A stretch of DNA of 64,000 bases from Saccostrea echinata. Lineage: Eukaryota. Each line of letters starts with the position of its first letter. Positions within the stretch are counted from its first letter, which is position 1. Shown here piece by piece: positions 63,201 to 64,000 of the stretch. A model generated the notes under the pieces. The model searched no databases, was not told where the DNA came from, and saw nothing but the letters and a program-made list of their open reading frames with translations. The stretch covers positions 50,220,001 through 50,284,000 of the forward strand of contig NW_026889750.1 in the NCBI RefSeq assembly GCF_033153115.1. Direction: 5' to 3'. The position numbers were made by a program, and so were the translations under genes.

Positions 63201-64000
63201 TGAACGTACATTGGAAATTGGTGAATATTGGTACTGGTTGGCTGTAAAAATGCACTTGCAAGCTTGTGCCAATATTCACCAAAATAAGTTAAATAACCCT
63301 ATAATGTTCAATGAATTTATGTATGAATATATACAGAAAGATTACATAGATTGACAAAGAGTCAGTATGCACCGTGATAAAACTTCAGAGATAAAAAGTC
63401 AGGGGGAAAATATATCTCATGTTTTGTATTTTTTCTGAAAATTTGTTTCCAGACAAACAATATATGTAATGACAGAAGAGGAGCTGTTAGAAATTGCTAA
63501 AGATGTTTTGAAGCAGGTATATATTGACACTGAACTAGTCTAATGACACAGTATATTTAAGAAGTTATTCCATTATGACAAAGATATGAAGATAATGTGA
63601 TGTATTGATATTTATCCTCTGTAAACACATCAAACCAAGGAACCATTACCATCAAAATGTGATTTTAGCAAGAGTTACGTCCTGTTAGCCGTCATATTGG
63701 AGTTCAACATGGCCTGATTCCTTCATTAACCAACAGATTTAAAGCTGGGACGTGTAGATAACACTGTTTTATGAATATACATTTGTCAAAGTGTCAAATA
63801 TTGTAAAGATTTTTTATCCTATATTTCTGTCATATATGTATAAACTGGTTGTTCAAAGAGGAAAATCACCAGTTTGATGTCCAAGATGGCGACCATTGGG
63901 AATAATCAGAGGGAAAATATGTGATACAAATACTATCATTCTATAGGATTGTTTATTACAATTTACAGGCAGGCAGAACAGATGTGCTGAGAGAATCTGA
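54281..64000 (+). CDS. PNK-like (degenerate P-loop kinase + degenerate HAD phosphatase) protein with a C-terminal Ku-binding / CYREN(MRI)-like region; 3' end off the window
   Basis: Phase-consistent exons 54281-54328, 55082-55213, 55326-55403, 55573-55741, 55916-55992, 56150-56294, 56705-56760, 58140-58265, 58673-58744, 59019-59048, 61477-61685, 61789-62028, 63453-63516, 63969->64000. Motifs LMHGPPFSGSD, KVVVDDEN...R..Y, EPDEEEGY, EPPNPGIL, MARAAG, RKLPSWM, RQTIYVMTEEELLEIAKDVL. Confidence 0.7.
54472..54625. repeat. 60-bp tandem repeat x2.5 in intron 1
   Basis: Unit ATCATCTCGCTAGAGCGCG..TCCCTCTCTAGGTTAG..TTCCCCTGTAGAGAG. Confidence 0.9.
57548..57647. repeat. 33-bp tandem repeat x3
   Basis: AGTTACGACATGTAGAGAAGATATTACCATATA x3; related degenerate copies at 58060-58130. 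Confidence 0.88.
59032..60128 (+). repeat. 80-bp tandem repeat (13 copies) containing TACAGAATCCAGCTCTG|GTGAGT
   Basis: First copy is the end of the 30-nt exon 59019-59048. Confidence 0.93.
62577..62739. mobile_element. Palindromic foldback element (~160 bp)
   Basis: Arms GTGTGATTTATTGGTGTGTAATCACACAGACTT..CATGAAGTGC / GCACTTCATG..AAGTCTGTGTTATTTACACACCAATAATTCACAC. Confidence 0.7.

Overview
AT-rich, intron-rich animal DNA. The repeat families (Helentron-type non-autonomous elements with ~166-bp satellite cores, TTAA MITEs) point to an oyster-like bivalve, which is an inference. Host genes, all hand-spliced: HEATR4 (minus, 15 coding exons, 12507-26141), single-exon nanos (31291-31998), shootin-1-like (plus, 16 exons, 35502-46566), and a plus-strand gene running off the right edge (54281->64000). 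That last gene joins a degenerate kinase+HAD-phosphatase (PNK-like) module to a CYREN/MRI-like Ku-binding module. The left edge (1-2495, with an N gap at 696-841) looks like one end of a large TTAA-flanked DNA element. It carries a divergent SRF-type MADS-box + PHD gene interleaved antisense with a second gene, plus a subterminal array of C(A/T)8G CArG-like palindromes. Seven intronic tandem arrays in three unrelated genes are each built from the end of the upstream exon plus its 5' splice site. Many MITEs and Helentron-type elements are present, including a nested cluster with a decayed LINE at 47-53.6 kb. All family assignments come from motif recognition, not database searches.
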